Assembly (NCBI GenBank): GCA_964016885.1
Contig: OZ024740.1
Span: 332,010,001-332,074,000, forward strand
Source: Eledone cirrhosa
Taxonomy: Eukaryota
Reading direction: 5' to 3'
Length of the DNA: 64,000 bases
The notes under the pieces are model-generated. The model searched no databases. It was not told where the DNA came from and saw only the letters and a program-made list of their open reading frames with translations. Made by a program: the position numbers and the translations under genes. How positions within the stretch are numbered: position 1 is the stretch's first letter; each line of letters starts with the position of its first letter. Below, piece by piece: positions 27,381-42,700 of the stretch.

Positions 27381-28319
27381 TTTAAGTCAAATGGTACAGG
27401 TGAGTTATGTAATGATTCCTGTATTACATGGGAAGATGCCGTAAAGATCCGAATTGCTGGATCCCTCGATAATTAGATACCCGGTGGATTTTAGCCTGCG
27501 TAATTCTGGAAGGAGGTGAAGTCCCCTTTGACATGAAGAGGACCCAACGAGAGAACTAGTCTAGGATCAGGCATGAAATACTCTCCATATAAATGCAGAG
27601 AAGATGAACAAGATCCCAGACCTGATTTCACTTCTGGACGTGCTGCGCACCACAAGACCAGTGAGGGCAAAATCCGGGGTGTCACCGATACGAGAAAATC
27701 CACCTACGAGCTTTTTTCCCTCTAGATAATATGGGTAACCATAGGGTCCTCTTGCTGCCAACATCTGAATTTCCATCACCACCATCACAACAATTGTGAC
27801 ACCAACTACAGGAACTGCAGCATCATCAGCAGGAAAATCAACAACTACACACCACCACCAACAACAACTGTAGCAGCAGAACCATCATCACAACCACCAA
27901 CAACAGAAATAAAAAGAGACAATGGGTAAAACATGCAGGGGTCCTTCAAGCAAAACTCTCCCACAAATTCATTGTCTCTTCTAAACACAAAAAGCATACA
28001 TACACCCACACAAGAACAAACACACTCCCCCTAATATTTGACACAAATTATGCAGGCAGTGGGACCATCTCATCATGAATAAGACGATGTAGTTTCAAAA
28101 TAGAAAAAAAAAATGAAAACAACACAGAATCCGCTGGCATAACACCAACACACATAATAAAAATACGCAGAAATGACACATACAAAGAGTACAGGCATAT
28201 ACAAAACATTACCAACACCCCCAATACCACCATCACTACCACAAGCAGCACACGCAAACAAACGAAAACGCCCAACCACAACGACCAGCCACACAGACAC
28301 CACATGTTATGCTAGTAAG

Positions 28320-29412
28320 ATGGGCCGACCAAGAACTGATGGCACCTATAGCAAGTAATAAGATTGAGAAAGTGAGCCGATTTTTGCCACCAGCAACATG
28401 AAAGGGCCATAGACAGTGGTGAGGGTGCGAATGGCAATAAATACATATAAAAACATTAGGGAGAGCTTCCCGCGAGACTTAGGAGCCCAATGGAAGAGCG
28501 ACCTGAAAGTTTTGAAAGACGTTCTCAAAGTAACTTTCACCTGGGATGAAGGTCTGACCAGCCGATTTCCAATAACAAGCTTTGTTTTCTCTAAATATTA
28601 ATCAGTCAACATGGCAATTATAAAATTAGAAAGTATAAATGTACGTGAATTGGGGTCGTCCTGGAAGCAAAGTTGTTTCCTCAACGACCTCAGATCACTA
28701 GCCCTAGATGTGACTGCGGTTAGCAAGACCATTATTTCCGACACACGCTCGTGTGGTCCTGGAAATGTCACATAGTCTTATTTAGATCATATATAGATAG
28801 GTTTTCAGATAATAAATTCCTAATCTACAGCGTCAACCAAGATAGAATGTAAACAGGGACCTGGTTTACTAGAAGGAAGTTTAACCTGTCGTTATCAACG
28901 CGTAGCACCTACAGCGGCTGGATTTTCACTTTATCGACTAAGTCCATGGTGAAGATCACTCCGCCGATTTCTTTTGGCCTGAAAGGGCAGGGAGTTTTCC
29001 TCTGTCTGGTGGCTATAGAAAAAGAGGTTTTGTGTTAGAGGCGGCTGGAAAAAGACACTTCCCAGTACATTTGTTACAAGGTGAGTGAATATAATGAGGT
29101 TGCCCCGTATGAATGAGCTTAATCTCTCCGTTCATCCGTAGCCTCTCCTAGTTTGCAGAGGAAAGGGGCACCTTCTTAGGGTGCTCTTGAAATGCAGATG
29201 GGTCACAAATGGTGGGTTTCCTTTGTCACTTCTATGCGATGCTCCCTGCCATTGAGGAATATTCATTGTCATGTACATTTTTCTTTATTGATATCAGTTA
29301 TCTTTTTTATTCGATTTTTTTTTTTGTAAACCCACACTGTACCTGTCTTTTGTATTGTCCTATATGTGTCCGACTTTGGGCCAATAAAGACAATTTCATC
29401 ATTATTATTATT
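28320..29412 (+). mobile_element. Internally deleted L1/Tx1-clade LINE relic
   Basis: ATG at 28611 starts MAIIKLESINVRELGSSWKQSCFLNDLRSLALDVTAVSKT, resembling an APE N-terminus (NVRGL..D....ET). 3' AATAAA followed by (ATT)n. Confidence 0.65.
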
Positions 29413-29413
29413 A

Positions 29414-29605
29414 TGAATTGGCAGTATCGGTAGAGGGTCGGAGCCTTGCTTTGACGCATAGAGTTACGGCCCTTGCCGTTCTGAGTTCAAATCCTGCCGA
29501 GGTTAACTTTGCCTTTCATCCTTACGGGGTCTATAAAATGAAGTACCAGTAATGTAATGGGTAATTGCTGGCCTTGTGCCAATAGTAGAAACAATTATTA
29601 TTATT
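29414..29605 (+). mobile_element. tRNA-derived SINE
   Basis: Same SINE consensus. Confidence 0.88.
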
Positions 29606-30170
29606 CTTTGAGTCTCAGTCATTGATGTTATTTAACTGGAAAGTTTGTTGAAATGAATATCAAGCTGTTACCTGCAGCCTCAGATATTCAGGACGTATCA
29701 GAGGGTTCTTGCTGTTCCCAGCAAGCATTGACTTCATGGCAGTTCCAAATCCTTTTTACCTCCCACTTTAAGTCCTGGTATCGGTTAATTTTCTCCCTCT
29801 CCTTCTCTTGCACTCTCGTGTCGAATGGGCAGGCCACATCCACAATCAGGCACGATCTTTTTTCCTTGTCCAAAACCACCAGGTCAGGTCTATTGTGTTC
29901 CAATTGTTTGTCCGTCTGTATCCTAAAATACCACAGCACCTTCACCTGATCGTTTTCTATCACCGACTCTGGCTTATGCTCATACCACTTCTCAGAATGT
30001 GGTAAATTGTTTGCTTTGCATAGGTGCCAGTGGATCACCCTGCCCATCACATCATGTCTCCAGCCTTTATAGTGAGTCTGGGCTAGGTGTTACACTCGGA
30101 TACAATGTGAGCCACTGTCTCCTCTCTCTCTCCCCACAGATCCTGCACAGTGGGGTAGCCTCCTCCTTGT
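29606..30170 (-). mobile_element. R4/Dong-type LINE 3' fragment (zinc knuckle and restriction-like endonuclease)
   Basis: EETVAHIVSEC, IHWHLC..KWYEHKPESVIEND..LW, NRPDLVVLDK..IVDVACPFD..KEREKINRYQDL. Flanked by (TAA)n on both sides. Confidence 0.85.
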
Positions 30171-30173
30171 AAA

Positions 30174-30232
<59 letters not shown>

Positions 30233-30357
30233 TATTATTATTATTAGCACTCTATGCTGTAGCAGTGTGCATATATTAAGCAGAATAAAATGAAGTTTCA
30301 CATTGAGGTTTTTATTGATTAAGTTCAGTTACGAATGTTTCTCAGCTGGCTGGCTCA

Positions 30358-31180
30358 TGGATTGGCAGTATCGGTAGAGTGTCGGACGCCATGCTTTACA
30401 GTATAGAGTTACGGCCCTTTATGATCTGAGTTCAAATCCCGCCAAGTTTAACTTTGCCTTTCGTCATTATAGGGTCGATAATGTAAAGTACCAGCACTGA
30501 GGTCGATTTAATCGACTTTCCCCTCCTCCAAAATTGCTGACCTTGTGCCAATATAAGAAACCATTATTATTCAATATCGGAACAGCGTCAAGCGACATAC
30601 TTTGTGGCATACAATTACTGCCCTTTATTTTCAAATCAAGCCTTTACACATATTATTCATCCTGACGGCGTCAATAAATTAAATTATCAATATCGCAGCC
30701 AATCGGCGTAATGGACCTTCTGCTTCTTTTCAAACTGGTGGTCTTGTGCCAAAGGTAGAAATATTCATTATCATTATTATTAGAACGGAGGGCCGTAGAT
30801 TTGCAGTATCGGTAGAGGGTCGGACACCATGCTTTGCATCAAAACAGTTACGGCCCTTGCCATTCTGAGTTCAAATCGCGCCGAGGTTAACTTTACCTTT
30901 CATCCTTACGTGGTCGATAAAATAAAGTACCAGTAATACACTGGGATAATTGCTGGCCTTATGCCAAAAGTAGAAATAATTATCATTAGAACGCTGGATT
31001 GGCAGTATCGGTAGAGCCCTTTACGGTCTAAGTTCAAATCCCCGAGTTTATCTTTGCCTTTAATATTTATGGTGTCGATAACATAAAGTACAATTATCTT
31101 ACTGAGGTCGATTTAATCGACTTTCCCCTACCCCTTCAAATTGCTGGCCTTATGCCTAAAGTAGAAAATATTTATTATTA
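30358..31180 (+). mobile_element. Head-to-tail cluster of 4 SINE copies (30358-30570, ~30572-30780 degenerate, 30790-30985, 30994-31180)
   Basis: Repeated A/B boxes and GCTGGCCTT(G/A)TGCC..AGAAA 3' motif. Confidence 0.85.
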
Positions 31181-31324
31181 TTATTTAATCATCCTTTTCA
31201 TTACTACAAGACGGTGAATTTCAGAGTTGATTCAATAGTGGGAAATAATAGTTTCGGTAGTTATTTACGCAATTTCATTTATTAAACCATGAATCAGGTC
31301 AGAGTCAAAGTTACTGTTCATACA

Positions 31325-31381
<57 letters not shown>

Positions 31382-32091
31382 ATATATAAGATCAAAAGAT
31401 GGTTAAAGGAGTTCCATGTATTTTATTATGCGCATTTCAAAAACAAACATCATCATGCAATAATATTTGTGTTTTCATCAGATAAAACAGGAGGACATGA
31501 TATGAAGGCTAAAAAAACACTTGTGGATAGTGCAGTTTTAAATCAACATATGAAAAGTAATTTTAGATTGATGTGTGATATTGGGAAAAATATTTTATTT
31601 AGAGAGGGGGGTGGAAAGGATGAAAAAAAGGGGAGGAGATGAGAGTGAAGGTGGAGAGGGAGAGATGGGTAATAGAGAGAAAGAGATAGTTTTTATAACT
31701 GAGAAAAGATATATTGTTTTACATAGAGAGGTTGAAAACCGTTGGAAGATAATGTATGAATTAAAAGAATTTGAAAATTAACGAAGGGAAAAATATGTAC
31801 GAAGAAGGAGAGGGAGTTAATATGTATTGAGATTAAAAAGTTTGATGATAGAGAGAAAAGAATAATGGATTGCGGATGAATATTCTAACGTCAAAAAAAT
31901 TGTGTGTACGTTTACAAGTATTATGGAAATTTGAAAATTAACGAACAGAAAAAATTATTAAGGTTTGTGTATTGAAGGATTTGAGAAAAATAATGTGAAG
32001 TTAAGGTTTGTATATTGAAGGAATTGATAATATGTGCGAAGAAAGAGTTAATATGTATTAAGAATGAGTTAGATGAATAAAACTCACCTCC

Positions 32092-32179
<88 letters not shown>

Positions 32180-32261
32180 TATATACATATATATATTATT
32201 TATATTATATATATATATATATGTATATATGTATATATATATGTATATATGTATGTATATG

Positions 32262-32323
<62 letters not shown>

Positions 32324-33173
32324 TGTGTGTCTGTGTATACTCAAGTCAAGTAATTGTTTCCAGTATATTGCTCTCACAAGTTTCTCGAAGCTATTTTGAC
32401 ACTTTGTTAGAAAATATTATTTTTATTGATTATATTTCTTGAATTATTATTATACTTAGTATCGCTACGAACGTTATTATTTCTAAAATTCTGAGTATAA
32501 GTGGCATTGTTATTATAACCACCGCGACATAATTGATTCTGTTTTGTTTTAATTTTCCCCAAAACTTTAGACCTGGCTTTGCTTAGACTTTCAGTTCTTG
32601 TCAACTTACCTCTGTTTATCTTTAATTAGATACATTTGATATACTATTAGCAATAACACAGTTTAGTTTTCATCGTAGTGTGTCTATAACTTACTCCACA
32701 GAGCGCTGTATTCAAATAAAGAATGCAATACTAATCTTAGAGTGAACTTGAAACTAAATTCCTGAATAAATATCCTTAGCTTTGACTGTTCTATAACATT
32801 CTTTGATATTGATTAAGTTCACCCGATTGTAGGCTAAGCCGATTAAAACATCGATTAACCAGCTGAGGAGTTAAGCGGTTTGTAACTTATCAACATTGAC
32901 GGCGTTTTGCCTCATCCAAATACATTTAATCTTCAATAAAACCTAATTCTATGTTGGCTTGTGTGTAGGTTGTTAGATTCTGTGACCAGCATAAGACTGA
33001 TCTTCAAATTTACATGATATGCCATACCTCACATACATTAGTTTGTCTTCTAGTGTGTTCAATGGCCCCCTCAATTCTAAAAAATAAAGGTTCTTCATTC
33101 TCACGAGGGGCTCCTAATCGTGTTACTTATATAAACAAGTGCAAATACATACACCCGCACCTCCAACGATCGC

Positions 33174-33237
<64 letters not shown>

Positions 33238-33242
33238 AAGTG

Positions 33243-33693
33243 TGTATGTAAGTTTACGTACATACATATATGTATACAGACATACAGTAGTATGTATATA
33301 TATACATACCTTCACACACATATATATATGCACCTATCGTACTAAGAGTGAGAAATGAAGTTTCGTTTCATTCTATTCCATTTATCGTTTTCGGTGCGCC
33401 CGGCCGACTGAACTCACTCGATATGCAAATTAGGCTAACCAGCAGTTAATATACATAAGGAAATTATATACTTTCAGATGTTCAACCATCTGGCAGGAAG
33501 GTATACGATGCTGACGATAGTTAATAAGCTTGAAACTAGTACATCGTTCCTGTGTCAGTGTTGAACAAAAAGGTGACGTGGTTGCCTAAACACTGTACGG
33601 CGTAATTCGGGCTGTTGGTTTGTTTACAAACAAACAAACCGAGCATTATAATAAATGTTCGGTAAACCGATACGTGCATATATATGAGTGTGC

Positions 33694-33747
<54 letters not shown>

Positions 33748-36700
33748 TCTACTGTACGTCTGTATACATATATCTATGTACGTATACATACATACGTAGT
33801 TACATTTAAGTAAGTGCTGTACTAAGAGTGAGAAATGAAATTTCCTTTAATTCTATTCCATTTATCGTTTTCGGTGCGCCCGGCCGACTCAACTAACACA
33901 ATATGCAAATTAGGCTGCTCAGCCGTTAATATGCATATGGGAAGTATATACTTTCAGACCTTCAAGCATCTGGCAGGAAGGTATACGATGCTGACGATAA
34001 TTAATAAGCTTGAAACGAGTACATCGTTCCTGTGTCAGTGTTGAACAAACAGATGACGTGGTTGCCTAAACGCTGTACGCCGTAATTCGGGTTGTTTGTT
34101 TGTTTGTTTACAAACAAACAAACTGAGCATTATAATAAATGTTCGGTAAACCGATACGTGCATATATATGTGTGTGCATGTATGTATATATATACATACT
34201 ACTGTATGTCTGTATACATATATCTATGTACGTATACATACATACATACTTACATTTAAGTAAGTGCCGTACTAGGAGGCAGAAATGAAATTTCGTTTCA
34301 TTCTATTACATTTATCGTTTTCGGTGCACAAGGCCGACTGAACTCACTCGATATGCAAATTAGTCTGCTCATCCGTTAATATGCATAAGGAAAATATATA
34401 CTTTCAGACGTTCAAACATCTGGCAGGAAGGTATACCATGCTGACGATAGTTAATAAGCATGAACCTGGTACATCGTTCCTGTGTCAGGGTTGAACAAAA
34501 GGGTGACGTGGTTGCCTAAACACTGTACGGCGTAATTCGGGATGTTGGTTTATTTACAAACTAACAAACCGAACATTACAATAAATGTTGGGTAAACCGA
34601 TACGTGCACATATATGTGTGTGCATGTATGTATATACATACTACTGTACGTCTGTATACATATATGTATGTACGTATACATACTTACATTTCAATAAGTG
34701 CCGTACTAAGAGTGAGAAATGAAATTTCGTTTCATTCTATTCCATTTATCGTTTCCGGTGCGCCCGGCCGACTGAACTCACTCGATATACAAAGTAGGCG
34801 GCTCAGCCATTAATATGTATAAGGAAAGTATATACTTACAGACGTTCAACCATCTGACAGGAAGGTATACGATGCTGACGATAGCTAATAAGCTTGAATC
34901 TAGTACGTCGTTCCTGTGTCAGGGTTGAACAAAAAGGTAACGTGGTTGCCTAAACACCGTACGGCGTAATTCGGGCTGTTGGTTTATTTAGAAACTAACA
35001 AACCGAACATTAGAATAAATGTTCGGTAAACCGATACGTGCATATATATGTGTGTGCATGTATGTATATATATACATACTACTGTACGTCTGTATACATA
35101 TATGTATGTACGTATACATACATACTTACATTTAAGTAAGTGCCGTACTAAGAGTGAGAAATGAAATTTCGTTTCATTCTATTCCATTTATCGTTTTCGG
35201 TGCACCCGGCCGACTGAACTCACTCGATATGCAAATTAGGCTGCTCAGCCGTTAATATGCATAAGGAAAGACTATACTTTCAGACGTTCAAGCATCTTGC
35301 AGAAGGTATACGATGCTGATGATAACTAATGAGCTTGAATCTAGTACATCGTTCCTGTGTCAGTGTAGAACAAAAAGGTGACGTGGTTGCCTAAACACTG
35401 TACGGCGTAATTCGGGCTGTTGGTTTATTTACAAACAAACAAACAGAACATTATAATAAATGTTCGGTAAACCGATACGTGCATATATATGTGTGTGCAT
35501 GTATGTATATATATATACATACTACTGTACGTCTGTATACATATATGTATGTACATATACATACATACATACTTAAATTTAAGTAAGTGCAGTACTAAGA
35601 GTGAGAAATGAAATTTCGTTTCATTCTATTACATTTGTCGTTTTCGGTGCGCCCGGCCAATTGAAATCACTCGATATGCAAATTAGGCTGCTCAGCCGTT
35701 AATATACATAAGGACAATATATACTTTCAGACGTTCAAACATCTGGCAGGAAGGTATACCATGCTGACGATAGCTAATAAGCATGAACCAGGTACATCGT
35801 TCCTGTGTCAGTGTAGAACAAGGTGAGTTGGTTGCCTAAACACTGTACGGTGTAATTCGGGATGTTTGTTTATTTACAAACGAATAAACCGAGCATTATA
35901 ATAAATGTTGGGTAAACCGATACGTGCATATATACGTGTGTGCATGTATGTATATAGATACATACTACTGTACGTCTGTATACATATATGTATGTACGTA
36001 TACATACATACTTACATTTAAGTAAGTGTTATACTAAGTGTGAGAAATGAAATTTCGTTTCATACTATTCCATTTATCGTTTTCGGTGCACCCGGCCGAC
36101 TGAACTCACTCGATATGCAATTTAGGCTGCTCAGCCGTTAATATGCATAAGGAAAATATATACTTTCAGACGTTCAAACATCTGGAAGGAAGGTGTACGA
36201 TGCTGACGATAGCTAATATGCTTGAAACTAGTACATCGTTCCTGTGTCAGTGTAGAACAAAAAGGTGACATGGTTGCTTAAACACTGTACGGTGTAATTC
36301 GGGATGTTTGTTTGTTTACAAACAAACAAACCGTGCATTATAATAAATGTTCTGTAAACCGATACGTGCATATATATGTGTGTGCATGTATGTATATATA
36401 TACATACTACTGTATGTCTGTATACATATATATATGTACGTATACATACATACATACTTACATTTAAGTAAGTGCCGTACTAGGAGGCAGAAATGAAATT
36501 TCGTTTCATTCTATTACATTTATCGTTTTCAGTGCGCCCGGCCGACTGAACTCACTCGATATGCAAATTATGCTGCTCAGCCGTTAATATCCATAAGGAA
36601 AATATATACTTTCAGACGTTCAAACATCTAGAAAAAGGTGTACGATGCTGACGATAGCTAATATGCTTGAAATTAGTACATCGTTCCTGTGTCAGAGAAG

Positions 36701-39700
36701 AACAAAAAGGTGACGTGGTTGCCTAAACACTGTACGGCGTAATTCGGGCTTTTGGTTTATTTAGAAACAAACAAACAGAACATTATAATAAATGTTCGGT
36801 AAACCGATACGTGCATATATGTGTGTGCATGTATGTATATATATACATACTACTGTACGTCTGTATACATATATGTATGTACGTATACATACATACTTAC
36901 ATTTAAGTCAGTGCCGTACTAAGAGTGATAAATGAAATTTCGTTTCATTCTATTCCATTTATCGTTTCCGGTGCACAAGGCCGACTGAACTCACTCGATA
37001 TGCAAATTAGTCTGCTCAGCCTTTAATATGCATAAGGAAAGAATATACTTTCAGACGTTCAAGCTTCTTGTAGGAAGGTATACGATGCTGATGATAGCTA
37101 ATAAGCTTGAATCTAATAAATCGTTCCTGTGTCAGTGTAGAACAAAAAGGTGACGTGGTTGCCTAAACACTGTACGGTGTAATTCGGAATGTTTGTTTGT
37201 TTACAAACAAACAAACCGGGCATTATAATAAATGTTCGCTAAACCGATACGTGTATATATATGTGTGCATGTATGTATATATATACATACTACTGTACGT
37301 CTGTATACATATATCTATGTACGTATACATACATACTTACATTTCAATAAGTGCAGTACTAAGAGTGAGAAATGAAATTTCGTTTCATTCTATTCCATTT
37401 ATCGTTTTCGGTGCGCCCGGCCGACTGAACTCACTCGATATACAAAGTAGGCGGCTCAGCCATTAATATGTATAAGGAAAGTATATACTTACAGACGTTC
37501 AACCATCTGAGAGGAAGGTATACGATGCTGACGATAGCTAATAAACTTGAATTTAGTACATCGTTCCTGTGTCAGGGTTGAACAAAAAGGTAACGTGGTT
37601 GCCTAAACACCGTACGGCGTAATTCGGGCTGTTGGTTTATTTACAAACTAAAAACCGAACATTAGAATAAATGTTCGGTAAACCGATACGTGCATATATA
37701 TGTGTGTGCATGTATGTATATATATACATACTACTGTACGTCTGTATACATATATGTATGTACGTATACATACATACTTACATTTAAGTAAGTGCCGTAC
37801 TAAGAGTGAGAAATGAAATTTCGTTTCATTCTATTCCATTTATAGTTTTCGTTGCACGCGGCCGACTTAACTCACTCGATATGCAAACTGGCTGCTCAGC
37901 CGTTAATATTCATAAGGAAAGAATATACTTTCAGACGTTCAAGCATCTTGCAGGAAGGTATATGATGCTGATGATAGCTAATAAGCTTGAATCTAGTACA
38001 TCGTTCCTGTGTCACTGTAGAACAAAAAGGTGACGTAGTTGTCTAAACACTGTACGGCGTAATTCGGGCTGTTGGTTTATTTACAAACAAACAAACCGGG
38101 CATTATAATAAATGTTCGGTAAACCGATACGTGCATATATATGTGTGTGCATGTATGTGTGTATATACATACTACTGTATGTCTGTATACATATATGTAT
38201 GTACGTATACATACATACTTACATTTAAGTATGTGCCGTACTAGGAGGGAGAAATGAAATTTCGTTTCATTCTATTACATTTATCGTTTTAGGTGCGCCC
38301 GGCCGACTGAACTCACTCGATATGCAAATTAAGCTGCTCAGCCGATAATATGCATGAGGAAAATATATACTTTCAGACGTTCAAACATCTGGCAGGAAGG
38401 TGTACGGTGCTGACGATAGCTAATATGCTTGAAACTAGTACATCGTTCCTGTGTCAGTTTTGAACAAAAAGGTGACATGGTCGCTTAAACACGGTACAGC
38501 GTAATTCGGGCCGTTGGTTTATTTACAAACAAACAAACAGAACATTATATTAAATGTTCGGTAAACCGATACGTGCATATATATGTGTGTGCATGTATGT
38601 ATATATATACATACAACTGTACGTCTGTATACATATATGTATGTACATATACATACATACATACTTAAATTTAAGTAAGTGCAGTACTAAGAGTGAGAAA
38701 TGAAATTTCGTTTCATTCTATTACATTTGTCGTTTTTGGTGCGCCCGGCCGATTGAAATCACTCGATATGCAAATTAGGCTGCTCAGCCGTTAATATGCA
38801 TAAGGAAAATATATACTTTCAGACGTTCAAACATCTGGAAGGAAGGTGTACGATGCTGACGATAGCTAATATGCTTGAAACTAGTACATCCTTCCTGTGT
38901 CAGTGTAGAACAAAAAGGTGACATGGTTGCTTAAACACTGTACGGTGTAATTCGGGATGTTTGTTTGTTTACAAACAAACAAACCGTGCATTATAATAAA
39001 TGTTCTGTAAACCGATACGTGCATATATATGTGTGTGCATGTATGTATATATATACATACTACTGTATGTCTGTATACATATATGTATGTACGTATACAT
39101 ACATACTTACTTACATTTAAGTAAGTGCCGTACTAGGAGGCAGAAATGAAATTTCGTTTCATTCTATTACATTTATCGTTTTCGGTGCGCCCGGCCGACT
39201 GAACTCACTCGATATGCAAATTAGGCTGCTCAGCCGTTAATATCCATAAGGAAAATATATACTTTCAGACGTTCAAACATCTAGAAAAAGGTGTACGATG
39301 CTGACGATAGCTAATATGCTTGAAATTAGTACATCGTTCCTGTGTCAGAGAAGAACAAAAAGGTGACGTGGTTGCCTAAACAATGTACGGCGCAATTCGG
39401 GCTTTTGGTTTATTTAGAAACAAACAAACAGAACATTATAATAAATGTTCGGTAAACCGATACGTGCATATATGTGTGTGCATGTATGTATATATATACA
39501 TACTACTGTACGTCTGTATACATATATGTATGTACGTATACATACATACTTACATTTAAGTCAGTGCCGTACTAAGAGTGATAAATGAAATTTCGTTTCA
39601 TTCTATTCCATTTATCGTTTCCGGTGCACAAGGCCGACTGAACTCACTCGATATGCAAATTAGTCTGCTCAGCCTTTAATATGCATAAGGAAAGAATATA

Positions 39701-42700
39701 CTTTCAGACGTTCAAGCTTCTTGTAGGAAGGTATACGATGCTGATGATAGCTAATAAGCTTGAATCTAATACATCGTTCCTGTGTCAGTGTAGAACAAAA
39801 AGGTGACGTGGTCGCCTAAACACTGTACGGTGTAATTCGGAATGTTTGTTTGTTTACAAACAAACAAACCGGGCATTATAATAAATGTTCGGTAAACCGA
39901 TACGTGTATATATATGTGTGCATGTATGTATATATATACATACTACTGTACGTCTGTATACATATATCTATGTACGTATACATACATACTTACATTTCAA
40001 TAAGTGCAGTACTAAGAGTGAGAAATGAAATTTCGTTTCATTCTATTCCATTTATCGTTTTCGGTGCGCCCGGCCGACTGAACTCACTCGATATACAAAG
40101 TAGGCGGCTCAGCCATTAATATGTATAAGGAAAGTATATACTTACAGACGTTCAACCATCTGAGAGGAAGGTATACGATGCTGACGATAGCTAATAAGCT
40201 TGAATTTAGTACATCGTTCCTGTGTCAGGGTTGAACAAAAAGGTAACGTGGTTGCCTAAACACCGTACGGCGTAATTCGGGCTGTTGGTTTATTTACAAA
40301 CTAACAAACCGAACATTAGAATAAATGTTCGGTAAACCGATACGTGCATATATATGTGTGTGCATGTATGTATATATATACATACTACTGTACGTCTGTA
40401 TACATATATGTATGTACGTATACATACATACTTACATTTAAGTAAGTGCCGTACTAAGAGTGAGAAATGAAATTTCGTTTCATTCTATTCCATTTATAGT
40501 TTTCGTTGCACGCGGCCGACTTAACTCACTCGATATGCAAACTGGCTGCTCAGCCGTTAATATTCATAAGGAAAGAATATACTTTCAGACGTTCAAGCAT
40601 CTTGCAGGAAGGTATATGATGCTGATGATAGCTAATAAGCTTGAATCTAGTACATCGTTCCTGTGTCACTTTAGAACAAAAAGGTGACGTAGTTGTCTAA
40701 ACACTGTACGGCGTAATTCGGGCTGTTGGTTTATTTACAAACAAACAAACCGGGCATTATAATAAATGTTCGGTAAACCGATACGTGCATATATATGTGT
40801 GTGCATGTATGTGTGTATATACATACTACTGTATGTCTGTATACATATATGTATGTACGTATACATACATACTTACATTTAAGTATGTGCCGTACTAGGA
40901 GGGAGAAATGAAATTTCGTTTCATTCTATTACATTTATCGTTTTAGGTGCGCCCGGCCGACTGAACTCACTCGATATGCAAATTAAGCTGCTCAGCCGAT
41001 AATATGCATGAGGAAAATATATACTTTCAGACGTTCAAACATCTGGCAGGAAGGTGTACGATGCTGACGATAGCTAATATGCTTGAAACTAGTACATCGT
41101 TCCTGTGTCAGTGTTGAACAAAAGGTGACATGGTCGCTTAAACACGGTACAGCGTAATTCGGGCCGTTGGTTTATTTACAAACAAACAAACAGAACATTA
41201 TATTAAATGTTCGGTAAACCGATACGTGCATATATATGTGTGTGCATGTATGTATATATATACATACAACTGTACGTCTGTATACATATATGTATGTACA
41301 TATACATACATACATACTTAAATTTAAGTAAGTGCAGTACTAAGAGTGAGAAATGAAATTTCGTTTCATTCTATTACATTTGTCGTTTTTGGTGCGCCCA
41401 GCCGATTGAAATCACTCGATATGCAAATTAGGCTGCTCAGCCGTTAATATACATAAGGAAAATATATACTTTCAGACGTTCAAACTTCTGGCAGGAAGGT
41501 ATACGATGCTGACGATAGCTAATAAGCATGAACCAGGTACATCGTTCCTGTGTCAGTGTAGAACAATAAGGTGAGTTGGTTGCCTAAACACTGTACGGTG
41601 TAATTCGGGATGTTTGTTTATTTACAAACAAATAAACCGAGCATTATAATAAATGTTGGGTAAACCGATACGTGCATATATACGTGTGTGCATGTATGTA
41701 TATAGATACATACTACTGTACGTCTGTATACATATATGTATGTACGTATACATACATACTTACATTTAAGTAAGTGTTATACTAAGTGTGAGAAATGAAA
41801 TTTCGTTTCATACTATTCCATTTATCGTTTTCGGTGCTCCCGGCCGACTGAACTCACTCGATATGCAAATTAGGCTGCTTAGCCGTTAATATGCATAAGG
41901 AAAATATATACTTCCAGACGTTCAACCATCTGGCTGGAAGGTTTACGATGCTGACGATAGCTAATAAGCTTGAAACTAATACATCGTTCCTGTGTTATTG
42001 TTGAACAAAAAAAAGGTGACGTGGTTGCCTAAACAGTGTACGGCGTAATTCGGGCTGTTTGTTTGTTTACAAACAAACAAATCGAGCATTATAATAAATG
42101 TTCGTTAAACCGATACGTGTATATATATGAGTGTGCGTGTATGTATATATATACATACTACTGTACGTCTGTATACATATATCTATGTACGTATACATAC
42201 ATACTTACATTTCAATAAGTGCCGTACCAAGAGTGAGAAATGAAATTTTGTTTCATTCTATTCCATTTATCGTTTTCGGTGCGCCCGGGCGACTGAACTC
42301 ACTCGATATGCAAATTAGGCTGCTCAGCCGTTAATATGCATGAGGAAAATATATACTTTCAGACGTTCAAACATCTAGAAAAAGGTGTACGATGCTGACG
42401 ATAGCTAATATGCTTGAAATTAGTACATCGTTCCTGTGTCAGAGAAGAACAAAAAGGTGACGTGGTTGCCTAAACACTGTACGGCGTAATTGGGGCTTTT
42501 GGTTTTTTTACAAAGAAACAAACCGAACATTATAATAAATGTTCGGTAAACCGATACGTGCATATATATGTGTTTGCATGTATGTATATATATACATACT
42601 ACTCGACGTCTGTATACATATATCTATTTACGTATACATACATACTTACATTTCAATAAGTGCCGTACCAAGAGTGAGAAATGAAATTTTGTTTCATTCT

